Origin: Octopus sinensis
Taxonomy: Eukaryota
Reading direction: 5' to 3'
Length of the DNA stretch: 64,000 bases
Assembly (NCBI RefSeq): GCF_006345805.1
Contig: NC_043004.1
Coordinates: 66,216,001 to 66,280,000, forward strand
Under the pieces are notes generated by a model. It was not told the DNA's origin. It ran no database searches and worked only from the letters and a program-made list of their open reading frames with translations. Of this stretch, positions 1 to 12,748 are shown piece by piece. Each line of letters starts with the position of its first letter. Within the stretch, counting starts at the first letter, position 1. A program made the translations under genes and the position numbers.

Positions 1-1104
1 CATATATATTACTATAGATATATATGGATACATATGTGTTTGTGTGTGGTGTATGTGGGTGTGTATACATATGCATATAGCCTTATCTCTCGGTGACTTA
101 ATTTTGTAATGGAACGTTTATTCTCTGCAGCAAAAGTAAGTATATATCCTGTAAATGTAAGCTACACCACAACCTGTAATTATTATCTCCTTTAGAATAA
201 TATTATCATTTTTTGATATGTCACCATGTACTATATCATTTAAGAAATCATTAAATAAATCAGTACGTTCCCAGCATATGCAACATAAATACTCGAAGAC
301 AAATAAGGAAAAAATACGAAATTCCTGAAAATGTTAGATATATACGAATTTAGGTTATTTTGATGTAACTTTATTATAGGTTATATCAACTGGATTAAGA
401 ATGTTCGGTGTAATAATGTCACTTTTGTTTTTGGCTTCGTACATTCTATCACATATTGGACTTCAACTGATGGTTATCTTCCTTCATTCGTAGAAATATA
501 TAATTTAAATTGGCATATTATTGCAGAAAATGTTACTGCTGATTTATTTATTTACGTTTATATATTCATGTTACATTTTCACCATTTTAAAATAATATCG
601 TACATTTCCGTTTTTACATTTCGCCGGCTAGATGCGAAGGTATATACCCCCCCCCCATTAATAATGTTTTTTTTAGTACATGCTTTCCGATCGCTTTCCG
701 ATATAATACTATATCATTTTACTGATTCTGTTGGAATAATATGTACAGTGAAAGTGCTGTACATAGGTTCGGGATAGATATCTCAACAACTTTCATTTAT
801 GTCGTGATAGCTTTGGAGTTTTCCAGACAGATATTTCATTTTCAATAGGACTGGTGAAACAGCGATACAACGCGGATATAGTAATAACAAAGTGTAACTA
901 CAACAAAAAATTAACCGTTGTGAGACCATCGGTATCATTTAGCATTATGAAAGTTCTGCAGTTTTGTTGGATATAGTTCATTTGCTAGTATATTCTAATG
1001 GGAAAGTTAATTTAGATATATTTTCGCATATATATATATATATATATACACATATATATAATATATATATATATTATATATATATATATATGTGTGTGTG
1101 TGTG

Positions 1105-1306
1105 ACCGCGTGTATGCCGTTGCCGATATTTTTTCCTTCGTCTTCCCTTCTCTGGATCTTTCCTTTCCCTATGTTTCTGACGAAGAGCTCCGCTCGAAAC
1201 GTTAAACACTCCTTCTTCCTTTCCTTGCTGAGCGTCCAATAATACTATATTTGTTCCACGTCCTCGCGTTGTTCTGTTTTCTTGTTGTGTTTTCATGTTT
1301 GGATTA

Positions 1307-1311
<5 letters not shown>
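1105..1311 (+). mobile_element. Short non-autonomous repeat (Penelope pLTR-like) carrying a hammerhead motif, flanked by (TG)n/(TA)n
   Basis: About 200 bp pyrimidine-rich unit between microsatellites; contains the hammerhead at 1172-1208 and ends directly in (TA)n. Same architecture as other units in this window. Confidence 0.55.
1172..1208 (+). ncRNA. Minimal type I hammerhead ribozyme motif
   Basis: TGTTT(1172-76)/AAACA(1204-08) helix I; core CTGACGA(1177-83); one extra A; helix II GAGC-TCC-GCTC; GAAA(1196-99); palindromic ACGT helix III; predicted cleavage after GUU (1203). Confidence 0.65.
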
Positions 1312-1347
<36 letters not shown>

Positions 1348-1560
1348 TACTTATAATATTTGTTGACAAGTCGCCAGAAAGCAATTGTAAGTTATGGAGA
1401 GAAAGCTATTATAGAAGGTTCATAGTATAATAATAACTGTATAATAATATATGATAACAATATATAATCTCGGAATTGAAACGACAATGAGTGTTCCATA
1501 GTAGCTTGCTCTCCGTAACTTACAAACCCTTTCTGGTTTGTTTACAAATATTATATGTAT

Positions 1561-1945
1561 TACTAGCAGTATCACCCGGCGTTGCTCAGGTTTGTAAGGG
1601 AAATGACTATAAAGCATTTTTAGAGAGTTATAGCCAAAAAATAGCCAAAAAATGGGAAAAAAATGATGGTAAATTTTTTTTGAGAGTTAAAAAGGTGGAG
1701 TTGTGTCCCCTAGACGGTCTGTGGTTTGGGTTTCTGATTCTCGACCCCATGCCGAATTTATCGATTTTTTTCAGAACTGGGGGAACTTTTCAAAATTTTC
1801 GCTGCGTTAGTTTTGAATTATGACATTGGGCTATGTGTGTGTCAAGTTTCATCAGAATCGGTTGAAAGCCGTGGTCAGAGTGAGGGTACGAGAAAACAGA
1901 CACACAGAAAACGCATAGACAAATTGCCGTTTATATAGAGAGAGA
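1561..1945 (+). mobile_element. Non-autonomous Helitron/Helentron-associated element (Lep1/HINE-like)
   Basis: Starts TACTAGCAGTATCACCCGGCGTTGCTC and ends ...AAGTTTCATCAGAATCGGTTG...ACAGACACACAG...TTTATATAGAGAGA, the terminal motif pattern of Lep1/DINE-type elements (from recall). Confidence 0.55.
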
Positions 1946-2156
1946 TTAGACAGCTTAACTATATATTCATCAAATTTGACTCAAACTGATCGGTGAACAT
2001 TTGACCCAATGGGACGTGAAAGGAGCCATGCTATCCGTGATTTGTGGGTTCGATTCTGGTTAAGGTTAGCTCCTCAGTTTTCGGCCATTTTTTGTATGTT
2101 AAAATTGTCGCTTCAAATCGGTGAATCTATTATGATATTATTATACATTTATATAT

Positions 2157-2268
<112 letters not shown>

Positions 2269-2339
2269 ATATATATATACACAGATCCATATTATTAGTT
2301 ATTAACTCTCCCTCGAGTATTTTGCCTTAAAATTTCAGG

Positions 2340-3100
2340 TCTTAACTGTAACCTTCTTGCATGAATTCGTTACTGACTTTCAGCTTTTGACTTTACCACA
2401 TAGCCACACCCACTGCATTGTAAACCAAGTGGCTTGTGATAGAGCACCTGCTGTGTATCATCATGATCTCACACATGTCTTAAACTAGCTTGAATCAAAC
2501 AGATATTTCCACAGATCTGCAGCATTTGATAATACTAATTATCTCCTCTTCCGAAATGCTACATCTTGAAAGACATTTTTCCTTGTCACCAGTTTCCTCC
2601 TAGATTTGAATCAAAATTGAACATTTTCAAGTTCATCTTAAGAAGATATTTGTTACTACTGATATTGTTGTGTCGAGGATTTTCGTTTTGCTTATTTAAT
2701 TTCTTTGAAATACGTTCCCCACTTTGATATCCTGGGATTACTCACTTGAGGAAGTGGTCCACACAAATGCAAAGCTCTCTGAACGATGAGGATTTCAATG
2801 CTAGTCATTTGGGCTTTCTCTAAAACTTCGGTAACAGGGGTATGTTTGGTCGACTTCATATTGATCATATATCTGAAATAGTTGGCGAAACCGTTTGTAC
2901 ATCTTAACCTAGTATTTGTGTCTTATCAATGTTTCGTAACTATTAATTATATACAGGTGCTTAATGTGATTCTGTCAGTTCCTTCTCCTGAATTCTTTGC
3001 CCACTATACGGAATAGCGGCATCTCAGGATGCCAATTACATGTATTGTCTACCTGCGATGTGTTCATATACAAAATGTCGAAACTTTCCGTGGTAAAATG
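2340..3100 (-). mobile_element. Decayed RTE-clade LINE, 3' part of ORF
   Basis: Minus-strand translation gives PVTEVLEKAQMTSIEILIVQRAL (RTE 'TEVL.RA...SIE' motif) and downstream CSGCGYVVKS (C-terminal zinc-finger-like), with stops and frameshifts. Confidence 0.55.
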
Positions 3101-3256
3101 AGACCAAACTACAGCTAACACAAAAGTGGGGCAAATTTAATAATCTGTAAATACTTGGTAGAATTTTATGATTGCGGCAAACAATATCATACCCTTGCTA
3201 GCACATGAATTTTTCTATGTATTTTAACATTCATAAATATTGCATTTATTATATAA

Positions 3257-3410
3257 GCTTCTTTCAATTTCCGTGTACCAAATCCTCTCAGGAGGTTTTA
3301 GTCGGTCCGAGGCTATAGTAGAATACACTTGGCTGATTTACTACGCAGCGGGACCGAACCAGAAACCATGTGGTTGGAAGTAAGATTCATACCACACATC
3401 CTCGCCTGCG
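3257..3410 (-). mobile_element. tRNA-derived SINE, family C (head/core part)
   Basis: Matches copies at 20670-20820, 31370-31540 and 36180-36320 (gaggctatagtagaa.acacttg...gaacc...accatgtggttgg...taccacac). Confidence 0.75.
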
Positions 3411-3961
3411 CATATACATATGTATATATATATATATATATATATGTCTATAAGTGTATATGTCTATAGGTGTATATATACATATATATATATAGATATA
3501 TAGGCACATACAGCTATAGACATGTTTATACATAAACACATCAATATATGTATGTATGTATGTATGCATGTATGTATGCATGTATGTGTGTGTGTCTGTG
3601 TGTGTCTGTGTAGATTATAATAAATGGAATATTTACGAATTTTAAAATACTTAGAAAAAATTCATGTGCAATTGATTGAAGATTTATTACCAATAAAATT
3701 TGCAGTAATATTCTTAGACCATTCTTGAAAATTATCATTTCCCAAAACAATAAAAGAAAGCTATTAAATAAATCAAATTAATTGTTATAAAGTACATTAA
3801 ACACTCAGGAAACAATTATATATATACAGAGATACACGAATACATACATGCATCATACAGTCATATATACATCAATGCATCAATATATCCTAATGGATAA
3901 ATATATATAAACATATAACTATAATATTATGCTTACATATATATACATATATATATACATG

Positions 3962-4017
<56 letters not shown>

Positions 4018-4724
4018 TATGTATGTATTTATGTATGTATGTATGCGTGTATATATGTATCTATGTATGTATGCGTGTATATATGTATATATGTAGTGGG
4101 GGTGCATACTCTTGACACAATTCTATATGTAGACAAATATGTTGAGATGGTGTCGATAAGTAGAAACCTAAAATTATGCTTCTGATATGTTTCGCAGTGT
4201 CATAAATACGATAACACAATTAATGTATACTCTTAGCGGCGCTATTAATATTGTAGCTGGTACAAGTGAAAATTAAAAGCTGATAATAATAATAATTTAT
4301 GAAACATAAGTTTTTCGTCAGCCCTTTTTTCTTGAAATAGTATGCAATTTGACATTTATGTATGGTATAGCAGATAAATAAATAGACAGAGTAACATGAG
4401 TGTGAAAAGGTGAAATACAGTTTGTTGTCATTTTCTGAGTTATAAATGAAAATAGAAATAATGAATTTAAACTCTGAAATAATAGAGAGTCATGGAGGTA
4501 AAGGAGAGAGAGAGAGAGCATTTAAAGGGGAAGCAAAGAATAAGTCTAAGGATAAAGAGAAAATACAAGAAAGAGTGGAAGGTAGGACTGAGTGAATGGA
4601 TTACTACTGGCGTTCAGATGAAGGGGAAGATGTGGACAATTAGAATGATTATGAATATGTTGAAATTAGGGAGAGGAAAAAGAAGCAGAAAAAAACTGAA
4701 CCGGATGTAGCTGTAGTAACTATA

Positions 4725-4900
4725 GTAAATAATAATGACGATAACAACAACAACAATAATAATAATAATAATATTAATGATAATAACAAAAATAATAATA
4801 ATAATATTAATGATAATAACAATAACAATAATGATGATATTGAAAATAGTATTAGTAGTAGTATAATAATATAATAATAATAATAATAATAATAATACTG

Positions 4901-4958
<58 letters not shown>

Positions 4959-4979
4959 TATAATAATAATAATATACTG

Positions 4980-5071
<92 letters not shown>

Positions 5072-5366
5072 GATAATAATAATAAGAAGAATAAGAATAA
5101 TAATGATAATAACAATAATAATAATGATGATAATGAAAACAGTATTAGCAGTAGTATTAATAATAATAATAATAATAATACTGATAATAATAATAATAAT
5201 AATAATACTGATAATAATAATGATAATGATAATATAATAATTAATAATAATAATGATAATAACAATAATAATAATAAATAATAATAACAATAATAATAAT
5301 AATAACAATAATAATAATAATAATAAATAATAATAATAATTATAATAATATAATAATAATAATAAT

Positions 5367-5425
<59 letters not shown>

Positions 5426-5492
5426 CAATAATAATAGTAATGATGATGATGATGATGATAATAATAATAATAATAATATAATAATAATAATA

Positions 5493-5548
<56 letters not shown>

Positions 5549-5575
5549 TAATAATAATAATAATACTGATAATGA
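4725..5575. repeat. Long imperfect (TAA)n microsatellite, about 850 bp
   Basis: Direct reading; source of the poly-I/L/Y ORFs in the track. Confidence 0.97.
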
Positions 5576-5586
5576 TACGCACGCAC

Positions 5587-5750
5587 TTGCAGAAAACATC
5601 ACTGCTCCGAACCGCTCGAATACTCCGGAGGGTGCTTGAAAAATAAGAGGAGTTAATTTAATTCACTGGTAGTGAACAGCTGACACCGTGGTATATCTCC
5701 ATCATTAGAAGCTGGTCAAAGGCAATGGTATTATTATTATTACTAATAAT
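5587..5750 (+). mobile_element. R4/Dong-clade LINE extreme 3' end (5'-truncated)
   Basis: 5587-5646 translates LQKTSLLRTARILRRVLEK*, the conserved C-terminus of R4/Dong ORFs. It is followed by a short 3' UTR and an (ATT)n tail and preceded by the (TAA)n array. Confidence 0.75.
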
Positions 5751-6009
5751 GGAGGATAACTAGCTTTCTGGAGAGTCGCAATCTTCAATTCTCAAACAGC
5801 ATGGCTTTTGCTACGACAGGATCTGTTTGACTCAGTTTTTACATAATCGATGATGTCCTTTAAATCTTTGGGATCAAGTTCGAAAGTATCCTTTTGTCAA
5901 AATTGCGAAATATTTGAATTCTAGATTAAGTACTTATTTGCGAACAGAACGTATTGTAGTCGGTGGAATCCACTGAAGCTCAGCTAAAGTCACTAAAATC
6001 TTCTCTCTC

Positions 6010-6500
6010 TAGTCTCTATAAACAACATCCCAATCTTCATCAAACACAACACTATAAAGTGACTCAAAACTCCAGACTCTTGGCTCCGCACTCCTGAAAA
6101 TTGTCAAAGGAGAAGACCAAGCTGAACTTCGGTCTGATATACGTGCTGTGAGACATTGGGTAGACAAAAAATAACATTCAATTAAATGAAGGAATCTTAG
6201 AGAGAATGACTTCGCCGAAACAAGCATATTGTCCTGCTTCAGGGGAACCGTGCACACCATTCAATACCCGGTGTGTAGGAGCAATTGAGAACAATCTTGC
6301 CTGGAGTGCTCACATCTACAGTTAAGTCGACATTGCTCTCAAGTTGAGCTCCTGGACCCTCAGAACTTTGCATCATCCTTCTTTTCTCCTACGGTGCACG
6401 GCGTCACTTTGAATACTACTACACTGTTTGGTTTCTCCACACCACACGAAATATTACGAGAGTTGTGTAACTTAGAGAGCAATCAGTAAAAAGTGAAATG
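6010..6500 (+). mobile_element. Decayed CR1/L2-like LINE reverse transcriptase remnant
   Basis: Fragments DQAELRSDIRAVRHWVDK (cf. D...LQ.DL..V..W), L.WSAHI and W.LRT with frameshifts. Confidence 0.45.
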
Positions 6501-6699
6501 TTTCCCTGATCTTTCCTGGGCCCTCTTTAGAACATAAAAACTTTATTCTCTCCAGCACTCTGAGCGCTACATACATTTCACAATGTGGAGAATATACTAT
6601 TAGCATTGGCCAAATGACCTTAACTTTAGACTTTGAGTCCATCCAATGCTGAGACAACGTTTCATACGACGCCTACACAATTCAGGCAATAATTTCATT

Positions 6700-7150
6700 G
6701 CATCATAGTTTCATTTCCTCAACAGAACCCTTTTTTGTTTAACATTATCCCAAAACAAATCTTCCACTGTTAGGTTATAACTAGCTGTTTACTTTTAAAC
6801 TTTACTCACCTTAGACCCAAGATTGATTACTTGATTTTCATTCAGAATGAGTTGCTGGATATATTTCCCTAACGCCTGTGAAAGACATTTTGAATCTCTT
6901 CTATTTATTTATGCTTCTGATAAATTTATGAAGCACTTTATATATGATCAAATATAAAAGAGATATCTTGTAAGTAATAGCTCAACGGTATATCTCACGG
7001 CCGCTCTTCAATGCACCAAATGAGATATTCCTGATGTCATATGCTTTTTGTTTCATTTAATATGTCACTCTCTCAACCATTTGATACTGCCAGAGGAAAT
7101 CACCTCCCAACTGGCATCGAACTGGGAAATGACAAATGCATGTTGCATGG
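6700..7150 (-). mobile_element. Possible decayed Academ-like transposase remnant
   Basis: FDHI*SAF ... ALGKYIQQLILNENQVINLGS resembles the recalled Academ segment FDN.F..GAFH...ALGKYI...ILNE..VI..GS. Same orientation as the similar region at 31560-32700. Confidence 0.3.
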
Positions 7151-7574
7151 GGTGTCTATTTTTGAGCCTGTATATAGAAAACTGCAGAAGTATTATCAAA
7201 AATTTCAATACTAACAGTCTGTATTTCATGCAATAGTGAGTTTATATTAAATATATGCAGTGTCTAGCACACGTTCTGTATTGTTATATAAATGGATCGT
7301 AATGTAGAAGAAGCATTATATTGGAAATAGAAACAATATAAGCAGCAACCCGACACAGAATATAGTTGTATACCACCATGCTGGAAAATTGAAGTTAGTT
7401 GTTCTTATCTCAAAAGTTTGGGGATCTGCCAAACATGTCAAGCTCGATTCAGTTTTATAAAGAGGATATTAGTATTTTCCATGCGATCCTGATTATGAGG
7501 TATTTTTTCGTTCTTAAGAGATTTTCAGAGTAATCCTTACATACCTTCAATGTAAAAAAAAAGAAAGGAAACTA

Positions 7575-7607
<33 letters not shown>

Positions 7608-8239
7608 CATCTTATTTCACCAATTGCCAAGCTAACGTGAATTTGGCAGCAATCTAGGTGGTTGATAGAGAAAATACGTAATTTTTCTGTTTTGAATAGA
7701 CGTTTACAAAACTTTCTTGCCTCTTTTAAATTTGACTGAAATATCAAAAAGTATTGTCACTACTGGAATGGCGCCAAACTTGTGTAAATTTCCTCTAAAA
7801 ATACAAAGTGCATCATGATAATTTGCTTGGAATATTCCAGCCAAATGTGAACACGATTGATTTTATAATTTTTTATCTAATTATTTCAATTATAGAAAAT
7901 TTCAAAAATTGAACGTAGGTGTTTGGATATTTATAATGATAATATCATTGTATGGTAACTGGTAATTATTTACTATTGGATGTGACTCTCGCATGCATGT
8001 ATAAGTATGTGCTTGTGGTGGAAGTTTGGAGGCGTGTTTAAAGAATAACAAAAGAAAGACTAGAAAGAATGTATCGTTATCGAAATGGGCGGAATTTCCA
8101 CCGATCCAAATTCATTCTCAGTCTATGACTTGACTAGAGGCTATACAAGATTATATTTACTTCAAATGCCATGCATTGAGATCGAATTATCTACTTCAAT
8201 ATCCTCGTAACCAGAATATTAGAATATAGTAAATAGCAT

Positions 8240-8790
8240 TGACAATATCTCAGTTTTGAAGTTACCCTTGCACTTTAAGTAGAAAGGAGTGCAATAGCGC
8301 CTATCTAAATGTCTTGACAACTTTTTTCAGTTTTGTAATAATGTAATAAATCTCATCATTGGCAGAGTTTCAAGTTTACTGCAGTGATTCGAAAAGTTCC
8401 AAAAGGCTCCTGCGAATGAGCGCTTTAAGAATTCCGTTTGCTTATTGTGAATGTTAGAAAATGTCCAGTTTTTCTGTGTTGCACAGTTTTCATTGGAAGC
8501 GAGGAAATATTCTGTTCTCTCTATGACGCTAGTTGTATACAAATTTTGCCTACCATTCACGTAGAATTTCGTGGAAAATTATTAAGATGAGTTTTCACAA
8601 ATTTAATTCGGATAAAATTTCAGAATCTGTTCTCCGTTTTCGTAATATCATGTCCATTGAAAAGGACATTTTGGTTAAAGGTATTTCAAAGATGAATATC
8701 CATCTTCCTTGTAGAGAGAGGTTAATGTTGTTTTAGATGCAATATATATTGGCCGCTCACATGTAATAATATTTTGGTGTCTATTAAGAC
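8240..8790 (-). mobile_element. Decayed hAT (Charlie/Buster-like) transposase, C-terminal half
   Basis: ANIYCI*NNINLSLQGRWIFIFE (cf. LADIF..LN.LNLSLQG), later FAGAFW and PFYLKCKGNF (cf. FW ... PF.TTYLCE.GFS). Confidence 0.55.
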
Positions 8791-8876
8791 AAACACCACT
8801 GCCAAATGTAGCAAATTCTGCGGCCACATAGAAAACCTTGGGTTGACTCACTGTTCTTGATGATGGTAATAATAAA

Positions 8877-8914
<38 letters not shown>

Positions 8915-9420
8915 CGATGATGATGATGATGATGAGGATGGTGACGATGATGACGATATGGTTACCGCAGTGGTGATAAGGAGAGTATCCGGTGATGTTT
9001 TGGCGATAGATGTAGAGAGTAGAGGAGTTAATGGTTCTGGTGCTGGTTGTGAGTTCCAGTTGAGTGGACGGTAGTGGTTTCTAGGGTGATGGTAACCATC
9101 ACCTGTATATTAGTCCCGATGGAGTATCTCGTTAATGGAAGGTGTTCAGATTCATTTAAGTTTTCTTTACAGACAAAGCTTAACTCTGGTAACACTATCT
9201 CATGAGCCTCTCCACTTTATTACGACAGTAGTTAATGCCTTGTGGAAGCCTTCGCTGTTGTACAAAATAGAACAGGCATACGCACACATATGTACATGCA
9301 CACACGCACACACACATATACATATATTAACTTTGGTATTATGGGTATTTTTCTCGTTTGGAAAAGAAGTACATATATATATATATGTATGTGTGGGGGT
9401 GTGTGTATGTATATATATAA

Positions 9421-9478
<58 letters not shown>

Positions 9479-9507
9479 ATATATAAATATATATATATAT
9501 ATGTATA

Positions 9508-9630
9508 CAGTAGAACCTCAGTTTAGGAACGTCTCTGATCCCGAATAAATCGTACTTTATATATCTCTATATATATATATGAGCACGGTTATTTGAGATG
9601 AGAGTTGTTCGAAAGCCGAGGTAACTACTG
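9508..9630. mobile_element. Tigger/pogo-like MITE with TA target-site duplication
   Basis: Left end TA|CAGTAGAACCTCAGTTTAGGAAC; right end reverse complement TA|CAGTAGTTACCTCGGCTTTCGAAC. Confidence 0.6.
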
Positions 9631-9699
9631 TATATACATACCTACATACATACATACATACATGCATAAATACATACATACATACATACATACATACAT

Positions 9700-9756
<57 letters not shown>

Positions 9757-10943
9757 TATTTGCTGGCCGGGAACAAATGTATGTTTAGTTTGATTATATT
9801 TATATTAATAGAGAGCTCCCATTTTCTTTGTTTTGCTGCTCCTCTCTATGTATGCACATGTGATTCTTGTACTTATTGATTCAGCTACTGAAATTCCATA
9901 GTAAATGCGTCTTATTTTTATATAAGATGTACTTTTGTTTGAGCAAATGGTATAGTCAGCATAAGCAGTTCAGAATATCTAATTGAACTTAACACATCGC
10001 ACTGTAATAAAATTAATTTCCTTATGAGTAAAACAGGAAATCTTTCTAGTTAGCAACTCTGTCAAATTTACTTTCCAATTGTATTTATAAATCTTTTATT
10101 AATTCTTTTTTTTTGTTTCTTAAACTTGTGTTTCTTTTTATTCCAATTAATCATTGCGAGAACACATTGGCATTATAACAGGTTTAAATTAGATCAGCTA
10201 CGTAAAAATAATGATAAATTAATTCCTTGCTGTCACTTCGTTAAAATACCTGCAATGATGTTGAAGATATAAGCGTATTAATTGTATGCAATTTAAAATT
10301 TCGCTTTACCATTACATATCACGCATTACACATCTATTGTTACTTTTATTGTTGTTTTTGTATTCTTCGTCTTATTTATGTGCTCGGGTGTGCACGTCAT
10401 CTTAATCATGTGTGCGCTTGTGTGAAGCCTTTTGTTTCAAATCGAAACGTTTTGATTTGTGATTAGTTTTGCTTACTTTCCTCTACTTATTATCGCTACA
10501 GACATTTTCCTAACATTCAATTTTGCTTGGCGTTGCAGTAATATTTGAAGAATTTTAACATCATTGGCTTTCTGTTGAATGAAACGTACAATTACATATG
10601 TATCATTAGATGCATTCAGTCATTGAAAAAGTATTCTAGTTAGAAAAAATAAGGAACGATCAGAACACTGATACTAATAAGCAATGCGTTAAAATTTAGC
10701 TTCCTACTTTTCAAATAAACTTGCTTCATATTCGAAATTAAATTCCAATGTTTCACAAGTGATATCTACAATTAATGTCATCCTAAAGGGACGTACTCAT
10801 TACAATAAAAATTTATATTCTGAAATTTTCTGAAGACGAATTCAATGCAGAATCTAACTAATTAGCTATGATCTGCTTCTTCAAAGAAAGAAAGTAAATC
10901 TCGTTTTTGTTTTCTCTTAGTTTCACTTAGTAAATAATAAAGG

Positions 10944-11058
<115 letters not shown>

Positions 11059-11714
11059 ATATATATATGCGTGTATATGTATAAATATATATATACATCT
11101 ATCTATCTATCTATAACAAGGTTAATTTTCGTAAGCCTACACGTTTTAATAGAATTTCTTCACTCATTTTCCAAAGGAGAAAAATATATCTCGATAATAC
11201 CAAATACATAGCTGCTTACATATTATTGCCAAAAGTTTCTTCATGTTTTTGCGGTTATATCGTCTGCAGTTTAACATCTCTTGTTTACAAACAAGAAAAT
11301 TATTTTCGGACGCTTTTTATTATCGCAAACAAGAAGACATTAGCTATTAAAATTTAATTCAGCAAATAAGTAACAAGTTAAGAATTTAACAAGTTAGATG
11401 CAGTAATCGAGTGTAGCATTCGAGTCCAGTGTACATCGCATCAAAATATATACCTGATTGATTTCAAAGTGTAAGTACCGCAGCTATCTTAAACACTTAT
11501 AATTAAGTGTTAGCTTCAAATTAGTACATGAAGATAAGTAATTTGATCGTAAAATTACTGAAACGATAGAACTTTCGCATATAGAGAGATGAAACAAAAT
11601 AAAAATCAACGGCCATCCCACGCTACTTAAGACTATAACAATGCTTTTAGAAACCGCAGCGGCTTTGCTGGATAATGGAAGTTCCACTGAGAATTTACTA
11701 GAGGTGTCGTGTTG

Positions 11715-12190
11715 TGTTGTGACCCCTTTCGGTCATGAATGGCCATGGGATTGCACCTAGAAATTTATCCCCCAAGGCACAGGTCTGCCCAAAGTTGTTT
11801 ATGGAAAACCAGCAGTCGCCCCCGCATACCAGCCTCCCCTCTCCACGTAACCGATGTTATCCAAGGGAAAGGCAAAGGCCGATACAGCTTGCCACCAGTG
11901 ATGTTGCAGCTAATTTATTAACGTGCAAGTGGCTGAGCATTCCACAGACACGTGTACTCTTAACGTAGCTCTCGGCGAGATTCAGCATGACACAGAGTGT
12001 GACTAGGCTGGCCCTTTGAAATACAGGTACTACAGAAACAGGAAGAAAGAGTGAGAGAAGTTTGTGCTGAAAGAATACAGTATACGTCCGACTGGAGCCT
12101 AGTGGAGCTTTAGGTGTTTTCGCGCAATAAACCCTCACAATGCCCGGTCTGGAATCGAAACTGCGAACCTACGTCGCTACGACCTTCTGC
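11715..12190 (-). mobile_element. Composite tRNA-derived SINE (head shared with 51795 copy, central domain shared with 52790 copy)
   Basis: 12040-12185 matches 51800-51970 in inverted orientation; 11915-12025 matches 52860-52970; distinct GC-rich 3' module at 11715-11915. Confidence 0.7.
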
Positions 12191-12301
12191 TTCAATAAAC
12201 GAGTTTTCTTCTGGAAAGCTGTTCCTTCTATCTTCTACGGACTGTTCGATGCTTACTAGCTTTCTACACCTGGATCCGTGGATCTCACCTTTACAAATAA
12301 C

Positions 12302-12379
<78 letters not shown>

Positions 12380-12411
12380 TCAAAATAAGCAACAAGTATA
12401 TCCGAGGTAAT

Positions 12412-12497
12412 GTGGTACGATCGTTTCATGCTACTTCATTTTATTAAACACTGTAAGCATTACATCAGTTTTAAAATGTCGAGCAATCATCAGCCAC
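12412..12497 (-). ncRNA. Type I hammerhead ribozyme motif with extended helix II
   Basis: Minus strand: helix I GTGG(12497-94)/CCAC(12415-12); perfect core CTGATGA(12493-87); helix II TGCT/AGCA extended by CATTTTA/TAAAATG; GAAA(12427-24); palindromic helix III ACGATCGT; cleavage triplet GUA (A at 12416). About 35 nt of tail then (TA)n. Confidence 0.75.
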
Positions 12498-12606
12498 CAT
12501 TAGAAATTTTTCAATCAAACGGACAATGCACATTCTTATCCTTATTTCATTTGCAAGCATTATAAAGAGGGTAGATATACAGAGAGATTGATTTCCTTCT
12601 TAAGAA

Positions 12607-12660
12607 CATGATTGTATTAAATCTACTCTCTGAGTCAGAGAGTAAATTTAATACATCATG
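12607..12660. repeat. 54-bp near-perfect palindrome centred on TGAGTCA
   Basis: CATGATTGTATTAAATCTACTCTCTGA-G-TCAGAGAGTAAATTTAATACATCATG: one bulge and one mismatch between the arms. Confidence 0.9.
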
Positions 12661-12748
12661 ATGAAGGAAAAGCTAGAGACAAGCAGTAAACTCATTTTAG
12701 CAAATTGGAGGCACAACCGAGGGAGGAGAGATGGAATATGTACGCATG

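Noticed and set aside
3615-3760. Peptide QLIEDLLPIKFAVIFLD resembling hAT transposases
   Set aside because: A single short motif, no flanking support or TIRs; too weak to call.
4649-5602. Long ORFs of 317, 249, 216, 205 and 203 aa and many similar ones in the ORF track
   Set aside because: They are translations of (TAA)n, (ATC)n, (TCTA)n and (TA)n microsatellites (poly-I/L/Y/M, YLSI and IY repeats) with no coding signal.
6810-6875. Apparent 66-nt minus-strand exon ALGKYIQQLILNENQVINLGSK with good splice sites
   Set aside because: The transposase-like resemblance (FDHI..AF upstream) continues across the putative acceptor, so it is better explained as part of a decayed Academ-like element; not excluded without RNA data.
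8852-9102. Open minus-strand poly-Ser frame with a GTGAGT donor
   Set aside because: Openness is largely due to the (GAT)n repeat, the acceptor lacks a pyrimidine tract, and it abuts a hAT relic.
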